DNA from: an uncultured Gammaproteobacteria bacterium
Lineage (GTDB): Bacteria; Patescibacteriota; Microgenomatia; Levybacterales; GWA1-39-11
Length of the DNA stretch: 44,565 nucleotides
NCBI GenBank assembly: GCA_964589835.1
Contig: CAZPUU010000001.1
Span: 1-44,565 of the forward strand
Direction: 5' to 3'
The notes beneath the pieces were generated by a model. The model worked only from the letters and a program-made list of their open reading frames with translations. It was not told where the DNA came from and searched no databases. Shown one piece after another: positions 1 through 8,265 of this stretch. A program made the translations under genes and the position numbers. The stretch's first letter is position 1; every line of letters starts with the position of its first letter.

Positions 1-1064
1 CCCAGAAAAAACCAAAGCAAGATAAGGATCTTGACTCTAGTGTTGATATTTTTGGTTCTAATAAAGTGGAATACACCTACCAATATGAAGGGAAGCTGCC
101 ACAAATAGAGAAGACCCACACCCGGAGCTTTAAATCTACCATCCCCAGTATTACTAAATAACCAACTTGGCTTAAAATGCGACAGATACCCCTCCATCCA
201 AACCTGCACATAAAATACCCTCCGGTTAAAAATTATGCTTCCAATAAGATCGCCCTTTTGAATAGCTAAATTCCGCATATCAACAAGTTTCGAATATCTA
301 TCACCATGCCCATACGGATCAAAAACGCTGGTGCCGCGGTACCGAATCAGAGCGTTTGGTGAAAAAACAGACCAAAAAATTGCAACGGCTACAACAGACA
401 AAATAACGGTGGCAAAAAAAGATTTCTTGCTTTGCATAATGGCTTTAGTAATTTCTTTTCTATAGAGAATGACAAGACCAACAGCAAGAACCGGAACGAA
501 AACTTGACCGGAATAGTAGCTGATCATACCAAGAAGGAAAAAAGATGCAGAGATAAAAAGTGATTTTGGCTTGTCCTTTACACCTCTCAGGAAGAAATAC
601 ATTCCAAAAACTATGAATGACAAACATGCGTTGGACTCGTGCCCTATTCGCGAAATATAAATATGCCAAGGGCTCACCGCCATAAGTCCGGCCGCAAAAT
701 AAGGAAAGAGTTGCGTATATTTATCTTTTTTCTTAAAAAGATGCGCTGCTATCCCGTATACTGCCCAAACCGTAAAAATCGACAAAAGTGCTGCCGGAAG
801 CCTTGCGGAAATTGTTGATAGACCAAATAGCTTCACAAAAGGTACCTCCATTAAGAGGTATGTCGATCTCCGATAGTCATCGTACCCACGCTGCGAAACT
901 AACGGAAATTCCCCAAACTCGTCTTTGCCCGTTTCTAAAACGGAATACGCATTATACGTAATTGATGCTTCATCGAGAGAAGCAGATGGGGGGACGTTAC
1001 TCAAATTCCAAAGACGGAAAAAAGAAGCCACAAGGAGAATTATGATAAGTACGTATTTGTTCAC
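1..1064 (-). CDS. PMT_2/ArnT-like GT-C membrane glycosyltransferase (family A paralog); partial, with the C-terminal part beyond the window edge; GTG start
   Basis: Absent from the ORF track because it runs off the window and starts with GTG. The minus-strand frame is open from 1064 to position 1. Hand translation: VNKYVLIIILLVASFFRLWNLSNVPPSASLDEASITYNAYSVLETGKDEFGEFPL ... AVSPWHIYISRIGHESN ... FNRRVFYVQVWMEGYLSHFKPSWLFSNTGDGRFKAPGVGLLYLWQLPFILVG. GTG at 1064..1062 is the first start-capable codon after the in-frame stop at 1083..1085, and lies 4 nt after the stop of the upstream gene. The motifs are collinear with the CDSs at 4982, 6658, 8249, 33578 and 39305. Confidence 0.8.
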   Translation of the reverse strand, partial: MNKYVLIIILLVASFFRLWNLSNVPPSASLDEASITYNAYSVLETGKDEFGEFPLVSQRGYDDYRRSTYLLMEVPFVKLFGLSTISARLPAALLSIFTVWAVYGIAAHLFKKKDKYTQLFPYFAAGLMAVSPWHIYISRIGHESNACLSFIVFGMYFFLRGVKDKPKSLFISASFFLLGMISYYSGQVFVPVLAVGLVILYRKEITKAIMQSKKSFFATVILSVVAVAIFWSVFSPNALIRYRGTSVFDPYGHGDRYSKLVDMRNLAIQKGDLIGSIIFNRRVFYVQVWMEGYLSHFKPSWLFSNTGDGRFKAPGVGLLYLWQLPFILVGVFHFIRTKNINTRVKILILLWFFL

Positions 1065-1068
1065 TTCG

Positions 1069-2127
1069 TTAAGAAAAAATCTTTATGATTTTTAGAATTC
1101 CCATTTTTGGAACACTCCTGTTGGGAGAATCTGCATTTCCACCTATTTGAGAAAAATTCCCCTTGTTGGCAACATACCATTTATAATTATCGATAAATGT
1201 ATCGGCATTTGTTTTTTTAGGACTCCATCTCAATTTTTTCTTTATTTTAGTGGTATCTGCGTAAATTGATCTACCCATCATTGTTCTCTGATAAATCCCG
1301 AGTGGGGAAAAATTGATCTTGTCCATTATCGTCATGGCAAAAAAAGCGGGCCCAGCAGGCAGCGGCTGAATTTTGGATTTGCTGCCTGCGTAATCAATAA
1401 CACGCTGATAAAGCTGCCTTAAAGTCAAAACCTCATCCGCTCCGATCACATATACATCTACCCCTTTCCTTTCAGACGCCTTCATAAGCGCAGACACGAC
1501 ATCTCCCACATCAACAAATTGATATTTATTGTTCCCGTCACCCAATACGTATACCTTCCTGTTCTCTGAGATGAACTCATAAAGCACTGCCTGAAGACCA
1601 AGCCTTCCGATGCCGGTAATAACAGGACATCTAAAAATCTGGATATTTATTTTGTCTTTGTATTGCAACAAAACATTTTCAGCACCTGCCTTACTTTTTC
1701 CGTACGACTCAAGAGGATGAATAGGAGTGTTCTCATCGACCGGAAGCTCAACCGGTATTCCATATGTCACATTGCTTGAGGTAAAAATAATCGATTTTGC
1801 TTTCGACTTTACGGCTTGTTCTGCAAGATAAGATGTTCCATCGACATTCGTCGCAAACATTAACTTCTCATCGGCTAATTTATTTGGCATTTCGGCAGCA
1901 AGATGATAAATATCCTCAAAAGGACCATATTTATCAAATAGATTTTTAATATCTTCCTTATTAATAATATTCCCTTTTTGATAAATGATATCTTTTGCGA
2001 TTGTTTTGTCCGGATATATATCCAATTTATCAAATACAACAATTCGAGAACCCTTTTCCATCAGTAGTTTCGAAATAAGGTGTGTACCGACAAATCCTGC
2101 CCCTCCCGTTACTAATATTTTTTTCAT
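1069..2127 (-). CDS. NAD-dependent sugar epimerase/dehydratase (extended SDR family)
   Basis: 352-aa ORF. It has the N-terminal Rossmann motif VTGGAGFVGTHL, the serine block IIFTSSNVTYG and the catalytic YGKSK (YxxxK). GAGGGA lies 6 nt upstream of the ATG. Confidence 0.85.
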   Translation of the reverse strand: MKKILVTGGAGFVGTHLISKLLMEKGSRIVVFDKLDIYPDKTIAKDIIYQKGNIINKEDIKNLFDKYGPFEDIYHLAAEMPNKLADEKLMFATNVDGTSYLAEQAVKSKAKSIIFTSSNVTYGIPVELPVDENTPIHPLESYGKSKAGAENVLLQYKDKINIQIFRCPVITGIGRLGLQAVLYEFISENRKVYVLGDGNNKYQFVDVGDVVSALMKASERKGVDVYVIGADEVLTLRQLYQRVIDYAGSKSKIQPLPAGPAFFAMTIMDKINFSPLGIYQRTMMGRSIYADTTKIKKKLRWSPKKTNADTFIDNYKWYVANKGNFSQIGGNADSPNRSVPKMGILKIIKIFS

Positions 2128-2156
2128 AGTTTTTCCCTCAAAATGCTCAAGATTTA

Positions 2157-2185
2157 ATAGTATCTTATGGATTCTTCTTTCGCAA
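2157..2185 (-). promoter_or_regulatory. Candidate sigma70-like internal promoter upstream of the epimerase gene
   Basis: Read on the minus strand: TTGCGA (2185..2180), a 17-nt spacer, then TACTAT (2162..2157). It sits in the 63-nt gap, one of only three gaps over 30 nt between genes in the window. Pattern match only. Confidence 0.3.
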
Positions 2186-2190
2186 TAGAT

Positions 2191-3474
2191 TCATTTCTTG
2201 CTATTTTTATTCTTCAGTTGATAGAGATAGTATATATATGACTGCGGATCTCCTTGTACAAATTCGACTTTTTGATGAGCTTCTATTTTCTGAGAGACGG
2301 CCTTTCTGTGCGCAGACAGACCCATAGGACCCATCTCAGTGAAATGATACAGATTCACAAAAGCATAATAGCCCAGAAAAATTACAATTACGGCTTTTAC
2401 AAGTAATTTATTAATTGAAAAAATTTGAACAATTAAATATGCAAAAACCATAACAGCAACCGGACGGCTTATTGCAAAATAATAATTTGTAATTTCACCC
2501 GAGTAAGTAGAAAAGGCAAGCCATGGCACTAAGACCCAAATTATCGAAAGATATCCAATCAAAAGGTATTCCTTTTTTCTCTTAGAGAAAATTAAATACA
2601 AAAAGGCGATAAATGAACCTACCGAAAAATAAAGTGCGTATGGAAATCTCAATATGGAGTTAAATTCAATAAACCCATCTCCGATGATCTGTATAAACCT
2701 TCTTAAATGAAATCCATGGAATGTACTCCCCAAGTAGCTCGTCGCGTTACCGCCTGTTTTGGTTTGCAGATAAGAAATTGCAATTGGAGCTATAAATACC
2801 AAGAGCACAGGCAGAGAGTACAAACCGTACTTTAACGTCTCTTTTTTGCGGGGAATGAAAGGCAGTGCAAGCAGAAAAAGTACAATATAAAATATGGATG
2901 TAAAATGAATATGAAGAGAAAACCCAAAAGCAGCAGCGAGTAAGAAAAAGTATTTCATTTTTCCCATGCAAATTTTATAGATACTTAGAAAAAATAGTAA
3001 AGAAATTGGAACGATAAAATTAACAGGCCATTGCACGCGGTCCAATTCAAAAATGTAAGCTGATACGGTATTGATAAATACCGCAGCCAAAGCTACTTTT
3101 TCATTAAAAATACTTCTTACAACAAAAAACACCACAAAGAAAGTAAATATTGCAGTCAAACCGGCAACAATTGGAGAGGCGATCGGATCCATACCGGTTA
3201 TGAGATAAAATGGTACCAATAGGTAGTAGTAGTACGGGCCGATATAAAATCCCGTATTCCCTTTTGCTTGCATCCCTACAATTGGAAGCTTCCCGTCGAT
3301 AACAATATTCTTAACTGCCCATGCGTTGTCTACCTGATCATATCCAAACCCACTTTTCGTCTCCGGTTCAACAAATCGGGTTATTACCAGAAGAATAAAT
3401 AGCCCACAAAAAATGCTGAAAAGCATATTGTTTTTAAAATATTTTTTTACAATCTTATTCAATTTTTTATTCAT
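2191..3474 (-). CDS. Polytopic membrane protein, divergent PMT_2/ArnT-like GT-C candidate (family B)
   Basis: 427 aa, hydrophobic throughout. The first-loop block GFGYDQVDNAWAVKNIVIDGKLPIVGMQAKGNTGFYIGPYYYYLLVPFYLITGMDP is collinear with WGFDHGREYLMVRDII..PILIGTPLG..GIFHGPGYYYLLTIPYILFGGDP of the adjacent gene. The C-terminal GDPQSYIYYLYQL resembles the family A tail motif. Confidence 0.55.
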   Translation of the reverse strand: MNKKLNKIVKKYFKNNMLFSIFCGLFILLVITRFVEPETKSGFGYDQVDNAWAVKNIVIDGKLPIVGMQAKGNTGFYIGPYYYYLLVPFYLITGMDPIASPIVAGLTAIFTFFVVFFVVRSIFNEKVALAAVFINTVSAYIFELDRVQWPVNFIVPISLLFFLSIYKICMGKMKYFFLLAAAFGFSLHIHFTSIFYIVLFLLALPFIPRKKETLKYGLYSLPVLLVFIAPIAISYLQTKTGGNATSYLGSTFHGFHLRRFIQIIGDGFIEFNSILRFPYALYFSVGSFIAFLYLIFSKRKKEYLLIGYLSIIWVLVPWLAFSTYSGEITNYYFAISRPVAVMVFAYLIVQIFSINKLLVKAVIVIFLGYYAFVNLYHFTEMGPMGLSAHRKAVSQKIEAHQKVEFVQGDPQSYIYYLYQLKNKNSKK

Positions 3475-4985
3475 TTCATTATTCTTTTTTGGATGATAAT
3501 TCCACTCGTCAGTCTTTTTTCAAACACAACTTCTCCGTCTTTCACTACCGTTTCCATCCAGCCCCTATAACTCCACGGTTTTGACCCATCTACCTCCATT
3601 AATAAATAAAATGTTCCTTTCTTGTCTTTGTGTGGTTTGTACCCGTATTTTTTCACGCCATACCATTCAATTAAATAATCATAAGGATATGTGTAGACAG
3701 GGGGTGTAAAAATCAGCAATCCGAATTTTTCCCCTTTTGCATCTTTATATATAAAATCTATGGCATCCGTTTTACCCTTGATCTTTGCGTCACCGCCATA
3801 ATCTGCGATGTCATACGTAATCATAGCCGTATTTTTTGGAATGGTGGAAATAAAGAAAAAAGCTACGACAATGCAGTATAAGTAAAATATTACTCTCATT
3901 TTTTTGATCTTATATAGTCCTACGATTACATAAGCAAAAAGGAATATATAAACAACATTGAGATGATAGAGATAATAATGATAAACAGTGTTTCTCAAAA
4001 AAGACAAAACAAAAAAAGTAATAATCGGCAACGATGATAACCAGATAAAAAAGGTTTTCTTTGGGGCTTTTTCATTTCTTACCAAATAAACAAAAGGGAT
4101 AGCAATAAGGGCGAATATAATCAGTGCAGGTATGACGGATTGGGCAGGAAAAGTATTTCCGACATTATATAAAAACGACCAGAAATGATCTATAGAATTG
4201 GCAACAAATGTTGTTTTATTTTTTCCCGTTTCGTGAGTTGTAAGGTATTTCAGTATCCCATTAACGGCCATGAAATTGTGACGCACTTCAAATAGCATCA
4301 TCGGAAGATATGCAGCTATAAATCCGCCGATAAGAAACATGTAAGGCTTTATCGTTTTCTTAAATGTAAAAATCGAAAGAAAAATAAGAGAAAGAGTTAT
4401 GGGTATAGCAATTGCAAATTCAAAGTTATAAATAAAACCTCCAAAAAATGCTGAAAGAAATATAAATAGCATTTTCTTGTCCTTAGCCGATAAAAAAAGA
4501 TAGGTAAAATAAAAGCAAAGAACAATGAATAAAGTCGAAGGATGAGGACTCCACAAAGAGCGGGATTGAGCAATAATCTCAGGCGATAACGAAATAAAAG
4601 CGGTAGCAAGGAGCGCTCCCAGACGTGGAAATATTTTCCTCGACAGCAGGTAAAAAACAACTAGTGCACTTACCCCGTAGGTATACATCAGTAAAAGCCC
4701 ACCGTATGGGTCTCCCCCAAATAAAATATACGGAATAGTTAAAAGGTAGTAATACCCAGGTCCATGAAATATTCCCTGTATACCCGCGGACCCTGCCCCA
4801 AGCGGTGTTCCGATAAGTATCGGATTTTTATTCTCAATTATGTCACGCACCATGAGATATTCGCGTCCGTGGTCAAACCCCCAAAGATAATTTTTATTTA
4901 TAACCTCGACGGAACGCGCGACAACACCGATACCTATGAGTAAAATGAGGATTATAGTTGTCAGTTTGATTATTATTTTTTTCAT
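3471..4985 (-). CDS. Polytopic membrane protein, divergent PMT_2/ArnT-like GT-C candidate (family B) with a C-terminal soluble domain of about 130 aa
   Basis: 504 aa. Paralog of 2191..3474 (shared GFD..., GP.YYYLL, G.DP blocks). It has ATGA overlaps with both neighbours. The non-hydrophobic tail runs YDIADYGGDAKIKGK...WSYRGWMETVVKDGEVVFEKR. Confidence 0.55.
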   Translation of the reverse strand: MKKIIIKLTTIILILLIGIGVVARSVEVINKNYLWGFDHGREYLMVRDIIENKNPILIGTPLGAGSAGIQGIFHGPGYYYLLTIPYILFGGDPYGGLLLMYTYGVSALVVFYLLSRKIFPRLGALLATAFISLSPEIIAQSRSLWSPHPSTLFIVLCFYFTYLFLSAKDKKMLFIFLSAFFGGFIYNFEFAIAIPITLSLIFLSIFTFKKTIKPYMFLIGGFIAAYLPMMLFEVRHNFMAVNGILKYLTTHETGKNKTTFVANSIDHFWSFLYNVGNTFPAQSVIPALIIFALIAIPFVYLVRNEKAPKKTFFIWLSSLPIITFFVLSFLRNTVYHYYLYHLNVVYIFLFAYVIVGLYKIKKMRVIFYLYCIVVAFFFISTIPKNTAMITYDIADYGGDAKIKGKTDAIDFIYKDAKGEKFGLLIFTPPVYTYPYDYLIEWYGVKKYGYKPHKDKKGTFYLLMEVDGSKPWSYRGWMETVVKDGEVVFEKRLTSGIIIQKRIMK

Positions 4986-6661
4986 TTTTCTGCAATAACA
5001 ATCGCCTCATTCCCGTCAGGATAATAGATCACATTTCTACGCCCGGACTTCTCGTTCAAGTCTCTTGGTCTACCCATTAGTAAAATTTTACCCCCATCTG
5101 ATACCTCAGCGACCGATCTGAATTTGAAATTGTAAAAACCTTTATGCTCCTCCTTAAATCCTCCGCTTTTCGTTCCCCCAAGACTTTGATAATAAGAAGG
5201 ATCAACACGGAGATAAAAAAGAAAAAACATATATGACTGGTCGAATGGAACCTGATTCTCAACAACAACCTGATCATATTCATTTCTAACCGAATTAACG
5301 GACGCAATAGCCTGCTTGTATCCGTATAACCAGTCTTGAGCATTGTAATAATTTAATTGAACAAAATATTGATTTAGAAAATACAAAAAATTGATTAGTG
5401 CAAGCAACACATACACAAGAGCAATGCATCTCAGTCCCAAAGATTGCAGCTTTTGCCTCTTCTCGAAAACAAAAATACAAGCCGCAACCAAACCAATCGA
5501 GATAAATAATTCCCATGTCCAGGCAAAATTAAGCGTTCTCACTGCGTGCGGCACGCCGCTTGTAATAGATGCGGGAACGGGAACCAATAAAAAGTATCCA
5601 AAAAATGCGAGTTTATAACGTCGATCAATCTTCAGATAAGTAAATAAATAAATCCCGAGAAGTAAAAACGGTAGCTCAAATATATATAAAAGACCCATAA
5701 ATGGCGCATGATGCCTTGCCAAATCTCCAGTAATAAATAACCAGTTAGGATCAAAATGCGAGATGTACCCTGCAACTGTTGCCTTGGCAAATTCGACTCT
5801 CCGGTTATCTATTACCTTACCTAACGCGTACCCTGTTTTCTCATCATTCAAAAGCTTTTCGGCAGATCCCTCAACAACTGATTGTTGAGAAAATACACTG
5901 ACTCCTTTTGCCCTCATCAGAGCATTGCTATTTGTTGCAATGTAAATCAACAATGGTAATGCCGTGATAATAGCAACAATTCCCGAGAATAATATCCACT
6001 TTTTAATTTTAAGAATGCTTTTGTAAAAGATTGCGGACAACAAAATCATAAGCAAAGGAGAAAAAACTCTTTCACTTTGATACATATGAACATTTGCAGC
6101 TGCTATGAAAAACGAAAATGGCAATAAATAGTGTTTTTTAATACCTTTCAGAAATAAAAGAAACGCTAGCAAATTAAGAGTAAGACCCACATTTGACTCA
6201 TACGCAACTCTTGAGAATTGAATATGCCATGGAGATATTGAAAGCAAAAATGCACACACGAGTGCAACAATAGTAGTCGGTATTTCTTTTTTCAGGATTC
6301 TGATTCTCGAAGATCCCAAAAGCTCCAACACTAGAAAATACACGATAACCACAGCGCTGATTCCTGCCAACATCGAAGGTAAACGCACCGCCTGCTCTGT
6401 CAAACCAAGAACAGCCACAAAAGGAATTGCAAAATAAACATACAATGCCGGCTTATAATCGTCAAAGGACTGCAACACTACCGGTAACAATTTCCCGTAT
6501 TCATCCCTGCCCGTCATAAGTATCGAATATGCATTGTAACCAAGCGATGCCTCGTCCCAGTTGATACTTTGCGGGACACTTCCCAGTTGATAACCTCTCA
6601 AAAGAACCGCAAGAACAACTATAAAGAGAAGTGCAAAAATAGGTTTTGTTAGTATTTTCAT
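4982..6661 (-). CDS. PMT_2/ArnT-like GT-C membrane glycosyltransferase (family A)
   Basis: 559 aa. Motifs: SINWDEASLGYNAYSILMTGRDEYGKLLP (acidic first-loop motif), ISPWHIQFSRVAYESNVG, IDNRRVEF...HFDPNWLFITGD, and tail QSYMFFLFYLRVDPSYYQ. Confidence 0.8.
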   Translation of the reverse strand: MKILTKPIFALLFIVVLAVLLRGYQLGSVPQSINWDEASLGYNAYSILMTGRDEYGKLLPVVLQSFDDYKPALYVYFAIPFVAVLGLTEQAVRLPSMLAGISAVVIVYFLVLELLGSSRIRILKKEIPTTIVALVCAFLLSISPWHIQFSRVAYESNVGLTLNLLAFLLFLKGIKKHYLLPFSFFIAAANVHMYQSERVFSPLLMILLSAIFYKSILKIKKWILFSGIVAIITALPLLIYIATNSNALMRAKGVSVFSQQSVVEGSAEKLLNDEKTGYALGKVIDNRRVEFAKATVAGYISHFDPNWLFITGDLARHHAPFMGLLYIFELPFLLLGIYLFTYLKIDRRYKLAFFGYFLLVPVPASITSGVPHAVRTLNFAWTWELFISIGLVAACIFVFEKRQKLQSLGLRCIALVYVLLALINFLYFLNQYFVQLNYYNAQDWLYGYKQAIASVNSVRNEYDQVVVENQVPFDQSYMFFLFYLRVDPSYYQSLGGTKSGGFKEEHKGFYNFKFRSVAEVSDGGKILLMGRPRDLNEKSGRRNVIYYPDGNEAIVIAEK

Positions 6662-8265
6662 AAGGTATACGCGACAAGAGTAACTTTACCGTTAAGCAAA
6701 CGGAATTCTCTTAAAACACTTGCACCCTCGGGCTTTTCATCGGGCTTTGCTATATAAAGTGAGTTTTCCTTTCGTATATCACTGATTTTTGCAGTAAAAT
6801 TGATGTTCGAAAATTTATTGACATGGACAAATCCCAAAGGTTCGCGGTAAATATTAGCCTCTCTTCTAAAGTCTTGAGGTTTGTATTTTAAATAGAAAAG
6901 ATAGTAAATATACGGTCTCCCGAGTGATTCGGTAACATAAATATCTTTGTAATTTTTTTGTTGGCCGGCGACATACGCAACTGATTCTTTATATCCGTAC
7001 TGCCACTCACCGGAAAACTGACGCGAATAGTGTGCTAAATAATTATGAATAAAATACCCGAACTGAAGAAAAATAATAATCCCTATTAAAATACAAGCAT
7101 GCATAAATAATTTTTTTGGGATCAACTTGAAGGAGGTGATTATTCCAATCGCAGTCAGTATCTGAAATGCAGGCAATACGTTTTCTACCCTGAGTGCATG
7201 CGGAGTTTCACGGGCAAATCCGGCCGGAATTATTCCGATAATAATAATGGTGGGAACGATCCACCAGTAACCTTCTCTCTTTCTAAAAAGCGTTAAGATA
7301 CCGATTACCAAAAACGGTATCTCCCACATATATAATTGCCCGATGTCCTGAATTGAAAATTTTGGATTCCCGTCTCCTTTAACAAAAAGGAATTGTGGCG
7401 TTAGATTGTCAAAATAATGCCTTAGATACTCTACCCCATACGTAAACCTGCGATTATGAATTACTTTTGAAAATAAAGAATTATTGTCATTTGTAACTTC
7501 CTGATTCGTTCTGTTGATCAGTCCAATATCCGAAAAAATGTTCACTTCCTCAAACCGTAATTTTGCTTGGGGTGTATTAATAAATAATAACAATGGCAGA
7601 AAAACGAGAAAACCAACAGCCAGAGCCGCAAGAGCATATCTCAATTCTTTTACTAATTTTTTGCGGAAAATGATACTCAAACAAATAACGAGCAAAGGAA
7701 CAACTATTCTGGCACTGTTGAAGGTATACATGGAAAGAACAAACGAAAGAGCCGAAAAAATGAAATATTTTGGATTTTTTCGAATGGCTATAAAGAACAA
7801 TAAAAGACCTAAGAGAATAAAAAAGTGAGCAACATTTGCTTCAAATGCAGCCCTTGAAAGCATGATATGCCATGGAGAAATGGCGAGTAGAAATGTGGAA
7901 ATGAGTGCGATGGAATTTTTTTTGAATATTTCTTTAACCAAAAAATACGTTAAAAACACGCTTAAGGTTCCAAAAAAAGCAGATGGAAACCTTGTAGCAA
8001 ATTCTGTCAAACCAAAAAATTTGACAGGTATAACACCAAGATACGCATATAAAGGAGGCTTAAAATCACCAAAAGACTCAATAAATGTTAGAGGTAACAA
8101 TTTCCCGAACTCATCTTTCAAATCAATACCTAGAGTATATGAGTTGTAACCCCAGGCAGCCTCATCCCACGTCAGTGAAGGAGGAAGATTTCCAATCAAA
8201 AGAAATCTAAGAATAGCGGCTATAATAATAATCGCAAGTAATAATATGTTATTTCTTTTTAACAT
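6658..8265 (-). CDS. PMT_2/ArnT-like GT-C membrane glycosyltransferase (family A)
   Basis: 535 aa. Motifs: SLTWDEAAWGYNSYTLGIDLKDEFGKLLP, ISPWHIMLSRAAFEANVA, IHNRRFTYG...FLFVKGDGNP, and tail GRPYIYYLFYLKYKPQDF. Confidence 0.8.
   Translation of the reverse strand: MLKRNNILLLAIIIIAAILRFLLIGNLPPSLTWDEAAWGYNSYTLGIDLKDEFGKLLPLTFIESFGDFKPPLYAYLGVIPVKFFGLTEFATRFPSAFFGTLSVFLTYFLVKEIFKKNSIALISTFLLAISPWHIMLSRAAFEANVAHFFILLGLLLFFIAIRKNPKYFIFSALSFVLSMYTFNSARIVVPLLVICLSIIFRKKLVKELRYALAALAVGFLVFLPLLLFINTPQAKLRFEEVNIFSDIGLINRTNQEVTNDNNSLFSKVIHNRRFTYGVEYLRHYFDNLTPQFLFVKGDGNPKFSIQDIGQLYMWEIPFLVIGILTLFRKREGYWWIVPTIIIIGIIPAGFARETPHALRVENVLPAFQILTAIGIITSFKLIPKKLFMHACILIGIIIFLQFGYFIHNYLAHYSRQFSGEWQYGYKESVAYVAGQQKNYKDIYVTESLGRPYIYYLFYLKYKPQDFRREANIYREPLGFVHVNKFSNINFTAKISDIRKENSLYIAKPDEKPEGASVLREFRLLNGKVTLVAYTL

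Noticed and set aside
460-669. 69-aa minus-strand ORF, the only track entry in the first 1 kb
   Set aside because: It lies in a different frame of the same strand as the motif-rich, uninterrupted partial family A CDS (1..1064). Its sequence (MAYLYFANRARVQRMFVIHSFWNVF...) has no recognisable features. I treat it as a shadow ORF.
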